Shown here piece after piece: positions 62,301 to 64,000 of a stretch of 64,000 nucleotides of DNA (position 1 is its first letter; every line of letters begins with the position of its first letter). The notes beneath the pieces were generated by a model. The model made no database searches. It was not told where the DNA came from and saw only the letters and a list, made by a program, of their open reading frames with translations. The position numbers were made by a program, and so were the translations under genes. Source of the DNA: Azolla caroliniana (lineage: Eukaryota; Plantae; Polypodiophyta); assembly GCA_043228905.1 (NCBI GenBank), contig JBHGNT010000014.1:5828001-5892000 (forward strand), given 5' to 3'.

Positions 62301-64000
62301 TTTCAATCAATTCGACTCATCGTCGTGTCATCATTTTATAGGTCGCCCTTTTAGGCACCCCCTCCCATCCACTTAGAAAAAAGGTAGTACTAATGATTTG
62401 CACCTCCAAGTCTCCGTCACCGAAGAAAAGGGAACTTAAGTTCCCAACAAAATTTATAAATGAAATACAATCCATTAAACTTTTTCTCCAATAAAAAGAT
62501 GTTGCATAAAATAAAAAATGAAAGGGAAACTCAAATACAATTTGTCGAACGGGTCAAGCTCGTAACTTGATTCGTATAGAGTGTTATCCAAACTTACAAA
62601 TTGAATCAATGAAAACGAGTACATACTTTCTAAGGAGGGGGGAAATGTGGGGGAAGCTAGCACAAAAAGTTAAAATTTACATTAGCATGAGATAAATTTG
62701 ATATGCTTCCCTGAGGCTTCTATATTTTGTGGTCCTTACCAAGTTACACTCTAGGTAATTTAGATGTATGTATGTATGTATGTATGTACGCATATTATTA
62801 CATGATGAATGTCAAACTAAAAGGCATCAACATACAAAGTGCTAACTGAAATTTGTCTTGACATAAGTAGTATTCCTAAAGAATCACCTTTAAAATATTT
62901 GTTTATATCCAAAAACATAGGTTGACTGTCCACAATAGTATGCATCTTCACCGGGTGAGGAAAAGCATTTTTCAACCACTCTTGGGACATCCCCTAAGGG
63001 AAATTTTAAGTAAAAGAAAATGGTTTGTTTGTTTGGCTCAAAACATATGTATGTCTTAACACATTTGTATATAGCTAAACTTATCTTTTCATCTTCAAAA
63101 TGAAAAGAAAAGTTAATGACTTTCTACTCTACTGTGCTACAAAATCTTAACATGACATATCAAATAATCGATTATAATTCTCATATTCTTTGTAACATCC
63201 ACTTTCCAACCCACAAACGTACAGTTCTTTCCCATCGTTTGCATCCTCAATACAAAGTGCATTGTCACCCAATATCATTCCAACCAATGATATTTATGTA
63301 ATATATACCAAAATAGTAAGTAGTCCTTATTTCACCACTAATATGATATACACATAGCACGTATCATAATGTCCCTCTCAACCAATGACAACATGATCTT
63401 ATTTATATGTCATATATCTTTGTTTTGAAACTACTTATGGCTTGTTATATGTCACATGTCTTCCTTTAGTCATTGTTCTCAATCCACCATCATTCCTTTC
63501 ATACCTAAGATGTCACATAATGTTTTCCCAACAATTAATACCAGCATTTATATTAGCATGAGATCTAGTAAGTTTTTTGTGTCATATAGGTCTCTACAAT
63601 ACATATATTTTCACACATTTGGAACATAGTCATTACTTACAAGATCACAAAGACATCAACTCCAAAGTCATCATATGTTTTTTGTCCATATTTATTCTTT
63701 TGTGCGCACATATTGTTGACAACCTATGTAGCATCATCATGAATTAAATGTAATATTGATGCAAAATATCATGAGACACTTGGTTTAGATAATCTTACAT
63801 GGGCAATGACTTCTTCAATATATAAAACCTCAAAGCATTGTTCACATGATTAACAACACATTGTCAAGTAGGCTCTTCAACTAATCAATTGAGGATCGTC
63901 TAATACATACATGATTGAGAACATTATTATTACATAAGAGTAGATAATATAGTTTCTTGAAACAAAGGACTTTTGGAAACATTCTTGTTTTGTAGAGGCA

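Noticed and set aside
59316-64000. Short ORFs and possible very old Copia traces (~63300-63900)
   Set aside because: AT-rich with no convincing motifs or exon chain; too degraded to call.

Overview
Eukaryotic window, probably a non-seed plant such as a moss (inferred from Tcn1-type self-priming chromoviruses and the Copia/Gypsy mix). About 56 kb is a stack of nested LTR retrotransposons whose boundaries and target-site duplications (TSDs) can mostly be read directly: at least five Copia copies or fragments, three chromodomain Gypsy elements, one apparently intact tRNA-Trp-primed Gypsy with 4-bp TSD, one old non-chromovirus Gypsy with extra 3' ORFs and two solo LTRs. A MULE transposase and AT-rich intergenic DNA follow. 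The standout is a 7.2-kb cut-and-paste DNA transposon (42145-49310; 37-bp TIRs, 4-bp TATG TSD). It carries a Sola-like DDD transposase and, head-to-head with it, a spliced gene encoding a ParB-like domain fused to a bacterial/phage-type beta-class amino (N6-adenine/N4-cytosine) DNA methyltransferase. This copy is pseudogenised by a few in-frame nonsense changes. No conventional host gene was recognised. Family assignments come from motif recognition, not database searches.
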